Shown piece after piece: positions 44,772-53,941 of a DNA stretch of 64,000 nt. The notes beneath the pieces were generated by a model. That model was not told the origin of the DNA and made no database searches. It saw nothing but the letters and a program-made list of their open reading frames with translations. Each line of letters starts with the position of its first letter. The first letter of the stretch is position 1. Source of the stretch: an uncultured delta proteobacterium (GTDB lineage Bacteria; Myxococcota_A; Polyangia; Fen-1088); NCBI GenBank assembly GCA_963796685.1, contig CAWCMR010000010.1, positions 96,001 through 160,000 of the forward strand, read 5' to 3'. Position numbers and translations under genes: made by a program.

Positions 44772-47312
44772 TCAGGCAGGCGATTGTTCGCTGGCCTTGG
44801 TCTCGCCGTTCGCCTCGCTCCGGCGTCGCCACCACAGCAGCGCTGCCGGCAAGACGATCACGGCGACGGTCAGGCAGGTGATCTCGCCCATGACGGCGAG
44901 GAAGCCGAAGTAGTAGAGGCCCACGTTCTTGGCCACCAGCAGCGACGAGTAGCCGATGATGGTGGTGACGGAGCATAGGCTGACGGCACCGCCGGTGCCG
45001 CGGATGGCGGCGCCCACGTCGCGCCCACCGTCGCCCACGTAGCGGGCCATGACATTCACGGCGTAGTCCACGCCGATGCCGAAGGTGATGGGGAAGGCGA
45101 TGAAGTTGATGAAGTTGATCTTGATCCGCATGACCATGCACAAGGCCAGCATCCACAGCACGCCGACGAGCAGCGCGGACAGCACGTAGGGCGTGGCCAT
45201 GCCGCCGCGGAAGAGCAGCACCACGGTCAGCACCACGCCGAAGAAGGCCAACAGCGAGGCCAGGGGTCCGTCGTGACGCATGGACGCGATGATGTCCGCC
45301 GTGAGCGGCGGCCCTCCGGCCAATCTGGCCGCCTTTCCACCCATGGCTTCCGGCACGCGCGCGATGGCTCGCAGGGCTTTGACGAAGGCCGCGTTGCTCG
45401 GCCCGTCCCACAGCTTGGCCGTGAGCTTGGGGAAGATGAGGACGGCGCGGTCGGCGTGCCCGTCGCGCTCCTTGAGCCCCTTGAGGAGGGTCGTGGGGAT
45501 GTCGCTGGCCTCGATGGTCGGAATCGTTCCCTGACCGAGGAAACGGTCCACCATCTTGCGCTGCTCCTCGGTGAGGTTGGCGCGCACGTTCGGCGTCAGC
45601 TTCTTTCGGATGAGCTCGATCTCTTGCCGGCGCTCGGCCTGATCGGGCGGTACCAAATCGTCCAGGGTGCGGATGCTCGCCACCATGTCCTTGAGCGGTG
45701 GCGAGAGCATGGCCTTGCGCAGCTCGCGTGCGATGGCCCTGGTCTCCTCGGGCCCTCCGGTGAGCATCACGAGCGGGGTCAGGTACTGCCCCAAGAGCGC
45801 ATCCATCTTGTGCCCCCAATAACCTTCGCCGCTCTTCCACGTGTCCGCGCGGCGCAGGCGCGCGAGATCGTATTCGAGCTGGCCGCCGTCGAATCCGCGT
45901 ACCTCGACCATGGCGAGCACAGAAACTACGCCGGCCAGGATCAGGATCAGGTGTGGGGCGCGCGCGACCATGCGCGCGACCCTGGCCATGGGTTGGAACT
46001 TCGCGAACAGGCGCAACGACGACGGCTCGGCGTGCGGCTCCTTGCGATCCATCCAGGCGATGAGCGAGGGCGCGAGGACGAAGGTCGTGCACCAGGCGAG
46101 CACCATACCCAGGCCGCCAATGATGCCGAATTGCCGGAACCCGCGAAACTGCATGGCGATGAGCGAGGCGTAGGACACCGCCGCGGCCAAGGCCGCCGAG
46201 AGCGTGCCCACGCGCGTTCCCCACAGACTGCGTGCCAGGGATTCGCGGACATCCTGACCGGCCCGCCGCTCTTCCATGTAGCGCGCAAGCTGGACGATGC
46301 CGAAGTTGATGCCGTTGCCCACGATGATCGAGCCCAGGAAGGCCGTGTTGGAATTGAGCACGTGCACACCGAGCAGGTTGGCCAGGGCGAAGGCGTAGAC
46401 CGTGGACAGACCGAGCGGCAGGAGCAGCGCCACCACGCAGGGCCACCAGCGAAAGAAGACCAGCAGCGCCAGGCCGACGGCGGCCACCACCAGCAGCGAG
46501 GACAGGGTGAGATCCTGCACCAGCGCCGAGGTTTCCTCGGACGAGATGGCCACGTCGCCGGTGTAGCCCACGCGCATGCCCTTGGCGTAGGCCGCGGGCC
46601 CCCCCAGCGCTGCCACGTCCTTGGCCACTCGACCCATCAGCTCCCTGGCCAAGTGGGCGTTGGTGGTGAACCCTCCGGTTTCGATGAGCAGGAGCGACAG
46701 TCCCATGCTCGGACTGGTGAATCGATCCCCGACCAGGTGCTCCCAGGCCGAGCTCTGCGGGTAGCGCGCCTCGATGTCGGAAAAGTCGAGCGGCGGGGCC
46801 GGCTCGTCCTCGTCGATGAGGGTGCCCGCGCGTTTGCCATATTCGTAACGCACGCGCTCTTCCAGGCGTTCGCGGATGGTTTGCAGATCCGCCTTGTCGA
46901 TGAGCAGGGGAGCGTCGCGTTCGATGAAGGCTCTTTCGGCCGCGAAACCTACGCGCACGCCCCCCACCAACGCGCTCGGATAGGCGCGTACCCGCGCGGC
47001 CAGATCGTCGATGAAGCGCTGGGCAGCGGCGATGCGATCGGGTGGGGCGTTCTCGCCCACGTCGGCCAGCACACCCAGAAACTGCAGCCCCGGCATGCGC
47101 CGCCGCAGCTCCTCGACCGCGCGCACGCTCTCGGCCTCGGGAGGCAGAAGCTCCTCCATGTCGCTGTGCAGGTTTGCGTACAGGTGCGCCGTGCGCCACG
47201 TGGCGGGAATGGCGAGCAGGAGGGCCAGGAGCCAAAGCAGTCGGCCGTGTCGAAGAAGCCAGGCGACGAATGCGCGACTTGTCTCGCGCGGTGGAGCGGT
47301 ATCGGGAATCAC
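44772..47312 (-). CDS. MMPL/RND family lipid transporter
   Basis: Two repeats of periplasmic loop plus TM bundle; GNGINFGI and GIGVDYAV motifs. Confidence 0.9.
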   Translation of the reverse strand: MIPDTAPPRETSRAFVAWLLRHGRLLWLLALLLAIPATWRTAHLYANLHSDMEELLPPEAESVRAVEELRRRMPGLQFLGVLADVGENAPPDRIAAAQRFIDDLAARVRAYPSALVGGVRVGFAAERAFIERDAPLLIDKADLQTIRERLEERVRYEYGKRAGTLIDEDEPAPPLDFSDIEARYPQSSAWEHLVGDRFTSPSMGLSLLLIETGGFTTNAHLARELMGRVAKDVAALGGPAAYAKGMRVGYTGDVAISSEETSALVQDLTLSSLLVVAAVGLALLVFFRWWPCVVALLLPLGLSTVYAFALANLLGVHVLNSNTAFLGSIIVGNGINFGIVQLARYMEERRAGQDVRESLARSLWGTRVGTLSAALAAAVSYASLIAMQFRGFRQFGIIGGLGMVLAWCTTFVLAPSLIAWMDRKEPHAEPSSLRLFAKFQPMARVARMVARAPHLILILAGVVSVLAMVEVRGFDGGQLEYDLARLRRADTWKSGEGYWGHKMDALLGQYLTPLVMLTGGPEETRAIARELRKAMLSPPLKDMVASIRTLDDLVPPDQAERRQEIELIRKKLTPNVRANLTEEQRKMVDRFLGQGTIPTIEASDIPTTLLKGLKERDGHADRAVLIFPKLTAKLWDGPSNAAFVKALRAIARVPEAMGGKAARLAGGPPLTADIIASMRHDGPLASLLAFFGVVLTVVLLFRGGMATPYVLSALLVGVLWMLALCMVMRIKINFINFIAFPITFGIGVDYAVNVMARYVGDGGRDVGAAIRGTGGAVSLCSVTTIIGYSSLLVAKNVGLYYFGFLAVMGEITCLTVAVIVLPAALLWWRRRSEANGETKASEQSPA

Positions 47313-47619
47313 TGCCCGCGCACTATACCCATTGGACCATGCCTTAGCGCGAATTTAACCCTTCAGGATTTTCGCATCTTCTCCGACTGCCTCCATGCTC
47401 ACGTGCCCGCCCACCAAACTTTTTGATCAGGACGGAGACTAGGGTGCGATCCAGGTTTGACCGTTCGACGTGCAGGCCATCTTCCCGGTGTCGGCGTTCC
47501 CCGTGTAGAGCCAGGCGGTGACCGTCTGCGAAGCTCCGGCGGCCGTCGACTTGACCCGGCACCGTCCATCGGCGCCCAGGTGCGAGCATGCCGATGAGGC
47601 GGCACCGTCCGTGCCGGTG

Positions 47620-47845
47620 CAGGCGTTGCGCTGCCCCGTCCGATGGCGACGGGGATGAGCAAGCCCGCGCCTGTCTGCGTCGGCGAGAAAGCGAGCGAGA
47701 GAACCGTTGTCCGCAACCAGGTCCTTGCACGCCGGGCACTCGTCAAGATGCCGCTTGGCCTCGGGCGAGGCGGTGTCGCCGCCACCCAGGACCCTTTGCC
47801 TGATCTGCGTGCAGTCCATGTCAGCTATCTCGCGGCATTTTCTCA
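47620..47845 (-). pseudogene. Truncated duplicate of the anti-sigma gene at 62878-63720
   Basis: MDCTQIRQRVLGGGDTASPEAKRHLDECPACKDLV versus MDCAQIRQRVLGGGDAASPEAKRHLDECPACRDLV; internal deletion. Confidence 0.8.
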
Positions 47846-47918
47846 TCGCTGCCTGGTAGGTCTCGTCCGCGGCGCGTTCCGCTAGCAACAAATATCGCCG
47901 TGTTGCCGAGAGGTCCCG

Positions 47919-48470
47919 TTGGTGCTTTCCACGCAACCAGCAGCAAGCTGTCACACCCACGCGCCCGCGGGCGCGTATGAGCGGCATCGCCCCGAAACAA
48001 CTTTGCTTTATCGAACGAGAAAGGTCACGCGCTACGTAGGGCAGCTCACCGGAGAGGACAGGGATCAGCAGCTGACCCTTGAGCATCTGGCCAATTCTTC
48101 CGTGCAAGGGCTGGTCGCGACGGGGCCACGCCGAGGCTGTCGAGTGTTGCGCCTAGGAGGTACCCGCGAACATGCCCAGGCGGCCATCATAGGCAAGAGA
48201 TGTGCAGATGTGGCCGGTTTCAACGTGCACGCCAACGTGCGCGTGGGCGCCAACGACCGCGACGGCCTCGAACATTTGTGCCGATACCTTGCTCGACCAC
48301 CCATCGCGAATGACCGATTGCAAGAGCTGCCCGACGGCCGACTTGCCTTGCGCTTCAAGCAAGTTTGGCGGGATGGCACGACCCAAATCGTATTCACGCC
48401 GCACGAGCTGATAGAGAAGCTGATCCCATTGATTTCCCGCCCTCGCTGCCATCTGGTCCGATAACACGGC
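47919..48470 (+). pseudogene. IS91-like transposase B, N-terminal part with internal deletion
   Basis: Same N-terminus as copy A, then GFNVHA...LEHLCRYLARPP...WRDGT...PRCHLVR-stop-HG; Zn domain and HUH absent. Confidence 0.85.
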
Positions 48471-48602
48471 TTATGCGGTGCTCTGCATAACCCGTGTTAT
48501 GCGGAGCGCTCGATTATGCGGAGTTCAACCGTCCCCAAGTCCCGAGGCTCGCGTGTCCTGCGGACTGGACCGTCGCTGACTCCGCATAATATCAAGCCGA
48601 CG

Positions 48603-48846
48603 TCACCCAGGAGCGGAGGTCAGCGGTGTCTTGCTGGGCATCAGCGATGCGATGAGACGGTCCGGCGGCCGGAAGCGCCCGGGGCGTAGTCGGAGGGGCA
48701 CGATGGACTCGATAGCCTCGATCTTCTCGGTCGGATCGGCCTGCAGGTAGATCTCGGTGGTCGACTGGCTCGTGTGTCCGAGCCAGAGCGACACCTTGCG
48801 GAGATCCCCGGTGGCCCGGAGCGTGTCCAACGCGCATGTGTGACGC
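48603..48846 (-). pseudogene. RIT-B third recombinase, 3' part
   Basis: RHTCALDTLRATGDLRKVSLWLGH continues the SPHTLRH end at 52267. Confidence 0.85.
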
Positions 48847-49013
48847 TTATGCCGAGCACGGCATAAGCGGCATTATGCCGAGTCCCCGGTTATGCCGAGT
48901 GAGCCTCTCGATCTGGCGCGATCAACGGCGATTTCCTCGGCAGGTGGGCTTGCGGACTCGGCATAACCAGGGCGTCGTCGTCTCCTTCTGGCCACCGGGC
49001 CGAAGGAGGACAC

Positions 49014-50246
49014 ATGCCCCGGATGCACGACGATTTTCTGAAATGGCAACGACTGCGCGCTGGCCCCTTGGGTCCGCACCTCGACACGTTTGCAAAAACG
49101 CTCACTGAGAGGGGATATCCGCCTGCGACCGTGGCGTGCAAGGTGCGCCTGGCAGCGAAGTTCGGAGACTGGCTTGGACGGCGAGGACTGACTGTCGAGG
49201 AGGTCGACGAGCAGGCCGTAGCCCGCTTTGTCCGGCGCCATCCCTGCGTACCCCGGCGTGGAGACGCAGCGACATTGCGTGATGTCCTTGAACGGGTCCG
49301 TTCCGCCGGTCTTGCGCCGCCAGCGCCCGTCAAGGTCGATGACACTGCGATCGGGCGGATCGTGAGTGAGTTCGGCCGGTATCTGTTGGTGGACCGCGGC
49401 TTGTCCGTCTTGACTCAGATCAACTACCTGCCCATTGTCCGCTCGTTCCTCCTGGAGCGGTTCGACGGCAGGAGGGTGCACCTCAATGCGCTCGGGCCCC
49501 AGGATGCGGGTGAATTTCTGGTCCGGCATGTTCACGTGGTCCATCCAAAGAGAGCCGCTCTGATGGTTACCGCCCTACGCGGTTTTCTGCGGTGGGTGCA
49601 CGTGAAAAGAGCCCTGGCTGCAGACCTCGCGGCCACGGTTCCCGCGGTCGCCTGCTGGCGTTTCTCAACGGTGCCGAAATCGATCCCCGCGCGCGACGTC
49701 GAGCATCTGTTGCGCCGCTGTCGACGAAGAAACTCCGAAGCCGGCCTGCGCGACCACGCGGTCATTATGCTGATGGCACGACTCGGCCTCCGCGGTGGAG
49801 AAGTCGTGAGCCTGGATCTGGCAGACTTCGACTGGGCCGCAGGCACGTTGCGGGTCCACGGCAAGGGTGGGCGGCAAGACGTCCTCCCGTTGCCGTCCGA
49901 TGTCGGCAAGGCCGTCGCCCGGTACTTGCGCCATGGCCGCCCAGCATGCTCGTGCCGGAGAGTCTTCGTCCGCGCGAGAGCGCCGCGGCGTGGCTTCGCA
50001 ACCACGGGCGCGGTCTGTACGATCGTGAAGCGAGCGCTGGAACGCGCCGAACTGGACCCACCACGCAAAGGCGGGCACATCCTCCGCCATGCGCTCGCCT
50101 GCTCGATGCTGCGCCGAGGAGCGACCCTTACCGAGATCGGGCAGGTCCTGCGACACCGTCGAGCCGATACGACGACGATTTACGCGAAGGTAGACTTCCA
50201 TGCGCTACGTGCGCTCGCTCCTGCATGGCCAGGAGGCAGGCGATGA
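49014..50246 (+). CDS. RIT-A first tyrosine recombinase
   Basis: LGLRGGEV, HGKGG, HILRH, LRHR..TTTIYAK. Confidence 0.93.
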   Translation: MPRMHDDFLKWQRLRAGPLGPHLDTFAKTLTERGYPPATVACKVRLAAKFGDWLGRRGLTVEEVDEQAVARFVRRHPCVPRRGDAATLRDVLERVRSAGLAPPAPVKVDDTAIGRIVSEFGRYLLVDRGLSVLTQINYLPIVRSFLLERFDGRRVHLNALGPQDAGEFLVRHVHVVHPKRAALMVTALRGFLRWVHVKRALAADLAATVPAVACWRFSTVPKSIPARDVEHLLRRCRRRNSEAGLRDHAVIMLMARLGLRGGEVVSLDLADFDWAAGTLRVHGKGGRQDVLPLPSDVGKAVARYLRHGRPACSCRRVFVRARAPRRGFATTGAVCTIVKRALERAELDPPRKGGHILRHALACSMLRRGATLTEIGQVLRHRRADTTTIYAKVDFHALRALAPAWPGGRR

Positions 50247-51178
50247 ATACGCTCCGCGAGGGCGCCGAGGAGTACCTGTCGCTGCGACGCCGTCTGGGCT
50301 ACAAGCTCGACCGCTCGGGGCGGTTACTGCTGCAATTTGTGTCCTTCATGGAGCAGCGGAAGGCTCCGTTCATTACCAACGATCTGGTCGTCGAATGGGC
50401 CGTGCGGCCGACCAAGACCCAGCCCGTGTATTGGGCCAGCCGGCTATCGGCGGTCCGGCTCTTTGCACAGTATTGGCGCGCCACCGATTCTCGCACCGAG
50501 GTCCCTGCCCTCGGGCTCCTCCGGGCTCGGTATCAACGCAAGCGCCCCTACATATACAGCGAGGACGAGATCATGCGGCTGATGGATGCGGCGGCACGGC
50601 TCCCATCGCAGACGGGGCTTCGTGCTCAGACCTACGTCACGCTGCTTGGCCTGCTCACCGTGGCCGGTCTGAGGATCAGCGAGGCGATCGCTCTCGACCG
50701 CGAGGATGTTGACCTCGAAGGCGGGATCCTGACAATCCGCCGGACCAAATTCGGGAAGACCCGGCTGGTGCCCATTCATCGATCGACGAAACTGGCACTT
50801 TGCCGGTACGCACGCTTCCGTGATCGCGTTCATCCAACACCACGGACGAGAAGCTTCTTCGTCGGCGAGACAGGTGCCCGGGTGGTGAAGAACACTGCAG
50901 AAGACACCTTCGTCCATCTGTCTCGCCGGATTGGGCTTCGTGGTCCTGAAGGTCGTCACGGTCATGGGCCGCGTCTGCATGACCTTCGGCATCGGTGGGC
51001 CGTGGACACCATGCTGCGCTGGTACCGGGCAGGAGTCGATGTGGAGCGGCACCTGCCGCAGCTGTCGACCTACCTCGGGCACACCCACGTCAGTGATACC
51101 TACTGGTACCTGACCGCAGTGCCCGAGTTGATGAGCCTCGCCATGTCGCTCCTGGAGCGAGATAGGACGTCGCCGTGA
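50243..51178 (+). CDS. RIT-A second tyrosine recombinase
   Basis: ATGA overlap; HDLRH, YLGH, TYWY. Confidence 0.93.
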   Translation: MNTLREGAEEYLSLRRRLGYKLDRSGRLLLQFVSFMEQRKAPFITNDLVVEWAVRPTKTQPVYWASRLSAVRLFAQYWRATDSRTEVPALGLLRARYQRKRPYIYSEDEIMRLMDAAARLPSQTGLRAQTYVTLLGLLTVAGLRISEAIALDREDVDLEGGILTIRRTKFGKTRLVPIHRSTKLALCRYARFRDRVHPTPRTRSFFVGETGARVVKNTAEDTFVHLSRRIGLRGPEGRHGHGPRLHDLRHRWAVDTMLRWYRAGVDVERHLPQLSTYLGHTHVSDTYWYLTAVPELMSLAMSLLERDRTSP

Positions 51179-52173
51179 AGCCCTCCCACGGATTCCCTGC
51201 GCTGCTTGAGTCCTTCTTCGTGGACCATCTCCTGCGCCAGCGTCAAGCAAGTCCACATACAGTGCAGAGCTATCGCGATACCTTCCGCCTACTGCTGGCC
51301 TTCACGAAGCAGCACCTGAAGAAGACTCCCTCGGCGCTCGCACTGGACGACCTCGACACACCAACGATTGGCGCGTTCCTGGATCACATCGAGAAGGACC
51401 GCGGCAACTCTCCGCGCACCCGCAACGCCAGGCTCGCGGCGATCCACTCCTTCTTCCAGTACGCCGCCCTCCAGGCGCCCGACTACAGCGCCGTCATCCA
51501 GAGGGTTCTGGCCATGCAGGGCAAGAAATACGATCGCGAGCTCGTCCACTTCCTGTCCCGGCCCGAGATCGACGCACTCCTCGAAGCTCCCGACAAGGCC
51601 ACATGGTCCGGCCGGCGCGATCGCGCCATGCTCCTTGTGGCCGTTCAGACCGGGCTGCGCGTATCCGAGCTGGCCGCGCTCAACGTGCAGGACGTGGTCC
51701 TCGGACCCGGCGCGTACGTTCACTGCCTCGGCAAGGGCCGCAAGGAACGTTGCACGCCCCTGCGCAAAGAGGCCGTCTCGGTCCTCCGGGCGTGGCTGCG
51801 CGAACGTGCCGCCACCGGGACCGAGCCCCTCTTCCCCAACGCGCGGGGCGGTTTCCTCAGTCGCGACGGCGTCGAGTACCTGCTCGCGAAACACGTGCAG
51901 GTCGCTCGGATCCGCTGCCCCTCGCTGAGGGCGAAGCATGTGTCTCCGCACGTGCTGCGCCACTCGACGGCAATGGATCTCCTTCAAGCCGGTGTCGACA
52001 GCTCGGTGATCGCGCTCTGGCTTGGTCACGAGTCGGTCGAGACCACGCAGATCTACTTCGCTGCCAGTCTCCAGCTCAAAGAGCGAGCGCTGGCCAAGAC
52101 AGCACCCTCGGCAGCGCGACCTGCTCGCTTCCACCCCGACGACAAGCTCCTCGCCTTCCTACAGAGCCTTTGA
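51175..52173 (+). CDS. RIT-A third tyrosine recombinase
   Basis: GTGA overlap; catalytic R..K..HxLRH..LGH..Y residues present. Confidence 0.93.
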   Translation: MKPSHGFPALLESFFVDHLLRQRQASPHTVQSYRDTFRLLLAFTKQHLKKTPSALALDDLDTPTIGAFLDHIEKDRGNSPRTRNARLAAIHSFFQYAALQAPDYSAVIQRVLAMQGKKYDRELVHFLSRPEIDALLEAPDKATWSGRRDRAMLLVAVQTGLRVSELAALNVQDVVLGPGAYVHCLGKGRKERCTPLRKEAVSVLRAWLRERAATGTEPLFPNARGGFLSRDGVEYLLAKHVQVARIRCPSLRAKHVSPHVLRHSTAMDLLQAGVDSSVIALWLGHESVETTQIYFAASLQLKERALAKTAPSAARPARFHPDDKLLAFLQSL

Positions 52174-52266
52174 TTATGCCGAGTCGCGCACGTAAGCGAA
52201 CCCGAAGTCCCCGTGATTCCTGCATGCAATGGCGGGCAACTCGGCATAACCGGGGACTCGGCATAA

Positions 52267-53033
52267 TGCCGCAGCGTGTGTGGCGAAACACTTCTGCCGG
52301 CCAGCGATGGGCACGCGACCGCTGCGGCGGCAACGTGCTTGCGAAGCACATATTCGAAGCCCGAGCGCGACATAGGGTGAGCGGTGGCCGCGAGGAACAA
52401 CTCGGGACAGGAGGCAGTGCCTCGGATGGCGAGCCAGGCGCGGATAGCGTCGCCTACTTCCTTCCACAGCAGGAGCGCGCGCTCCTTGCGACCCTTGCCG
52501 AGCACGCAAATCTCGACGTAGCGGCCGTCGAAGCGCACGTTGTCGAGGCGCAGCCCGACGAGCTCGGAGACACGCAATCCGCCAGTGAGTGCGAGGTAGA
52601 GCATGGCGCGGTCGCGAATGCCGAGACGCGACGCTGGGTCCGGCGCGTCGAGGACGGCACGCGATTCCGTGGCCGACAGATGTTTCACCAGGCGGGTGTC
52701 GGTGCGCTGCAACGGGATCGCAAGCACGCGCTGGATCTGGTCGAGCGCCGCGGGAACGCGATACTCGATGAAGTGCATGAAGGATCGGACGGCGGCCAGC
52801 CGCGTGTTGCGTGAGCGGGCGCCGTTGCCGCGCTCGCGTTGGATGTGGTCGAGGAATGCCAGCACGAGAGACGCGTCGATGTGCTCGATCTGGATCTCGG
52901 AGGGCGTTACGCCCAGGCGCCTGCTTGCGAACGCGAACAAGAGTTGGAAGGCATATGCATAGGCGACGCGCGTATTTTCACAGGTGATCCGCTCACGAAG
53001 AAACGCGGTGATGTGTGGAGCGATCGGGGTCAT
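52267..53033 (-). pseudogene. RIT-B third recombinase, 5' part, cut at SPHTLRH
   Basis: MTPIAPHITAFL...GLRVSEL...GKGRKER...SPHTLRH, then RIT-A IR. Confidence 0.88.
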
Positions 53034-53941
53034 CGGCGTCCTCCTTCGAAGCGACGCTGGCAGGCGTCGGCAACCTGCGACATGAGCATTGGCGTGGCCT
53101 GAAAGTACCAGTAGGTATCAGCGATACAGCTGTGGCCGAGGTACGTCGAAACCGCGAGCATGTGCCTGGCGATTCGATCGCGCCGATCAGGAGAGCTTTC
53201 GAGAGCGCGCACGGCGAATGTGTGCCGGATGTCGTGCACGCGCGGTTTGCGTCCTCCCGACCGCGCCGGCAGGCCAGCTTTCCGGAGCACCGTGAGCCAT
53301 GCCTTGCGAAAGCCGCCGTAGGAAAGACGCGTGCCTTTGATGCTCACGAACACGTGGTCGTCGCTGCCGGCCACTGCACGTCGGCGGTCCAGATACTGCT
53401 TGATCCCGCTCTGCGCCGAGGGATGGAGCGGGACCAGACGCGTCTTGCCGAACTTGGTCTTGCGGATGACCAGGCCGTCCGATGTCACGTCAGCCATGCG
53501 CAAGGCGAGTGCTTCTGAGATGCGTAGCCCTGTCGCAAAGAGCAGCGCCAGCATCGTGCTCACGGTGAGCGGCCGGAGCGACTTTGCTGGTCCGAGCCGC
53601 GCTGCGACCTCGACGAGCCGGCGCGTTTCGTCCGGGGTGTAGATGTACGGAACCGGCCGATGCCGCTTTCCCGAGAAGTGGCGATCCGGGGGAATCTCGT
53701 GGCGGGGGTCTTCGGCGTGGAGATAGCGGGCGAGTTGAACGACCCGCTGGAAGAGCCGGCACCGCTGGCCAGGTGTGGCCGCGTGCGATGCCCACGCGAG
53801 GGCGGTTTCGGCGCGAACGTGGTCCTCGCCGCGGGCGGCGGCGAACTCGGCGAATCGACGCAGGTGCCGCTCGTATTTTCTGAGCGCGAAACCGCTTGCT
53901 CGCCGCGTGGCCAGCCAGGTATCGATGAGTGTCATCAGCAT
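53030..53941 (-). CDS. RIT-B second tyrosine recombinase
   Basis: TGLRISEAL, TKFGKTRLVP, HDIRH, YLGH..DTYWY. Confidence 0.92.
   Translation of the reverse strand: MLMTLIDTWLATRRASGFALRKYERHLRRFAEFAAARGEDHVRAETALAWASHAATPGQRCRLFQRVVQLARYLHAEDPRHEIPPDRHFSGKRHRPVPYIYTPDETRRLVEVAARLGPAKSLRPLTVSTMLALLFATGLRISEALALRMADVTSDGLVIRKTKFGKTRLVPLHPSAQSGIKQYLDRRRAVAGSDDHVFVSIKGTRLSYGGFRKAWLTVLRKAGLPARSGGRKPRVHDIRHTFAVRALESSPDRRDRIARHMLAVSTYLGHSCIADTYWYFQATPMLMSQVADACQRRFEGGRR

Larger units (their letters stand above)
48873..52266 (+). mobile_element. RIT-A element, copy 2 (apparently intact)
   Basis: Same 27-bp IR; near-identical inverted copy of 33074-36466. Confidence 0.95.

Noticed and set aside
44772-47312. 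Calling the MMPL hpnN and the aminotransferase hpnO
   Set aside because: Same families, but no hopanoid genes in the window and no diagnostic features visible.
52053-53033. 326-aa intact integrase in the ORF track
   Set aside because: Reads into the RIT-A IR after LRH; the true tail is at 48603-48846.
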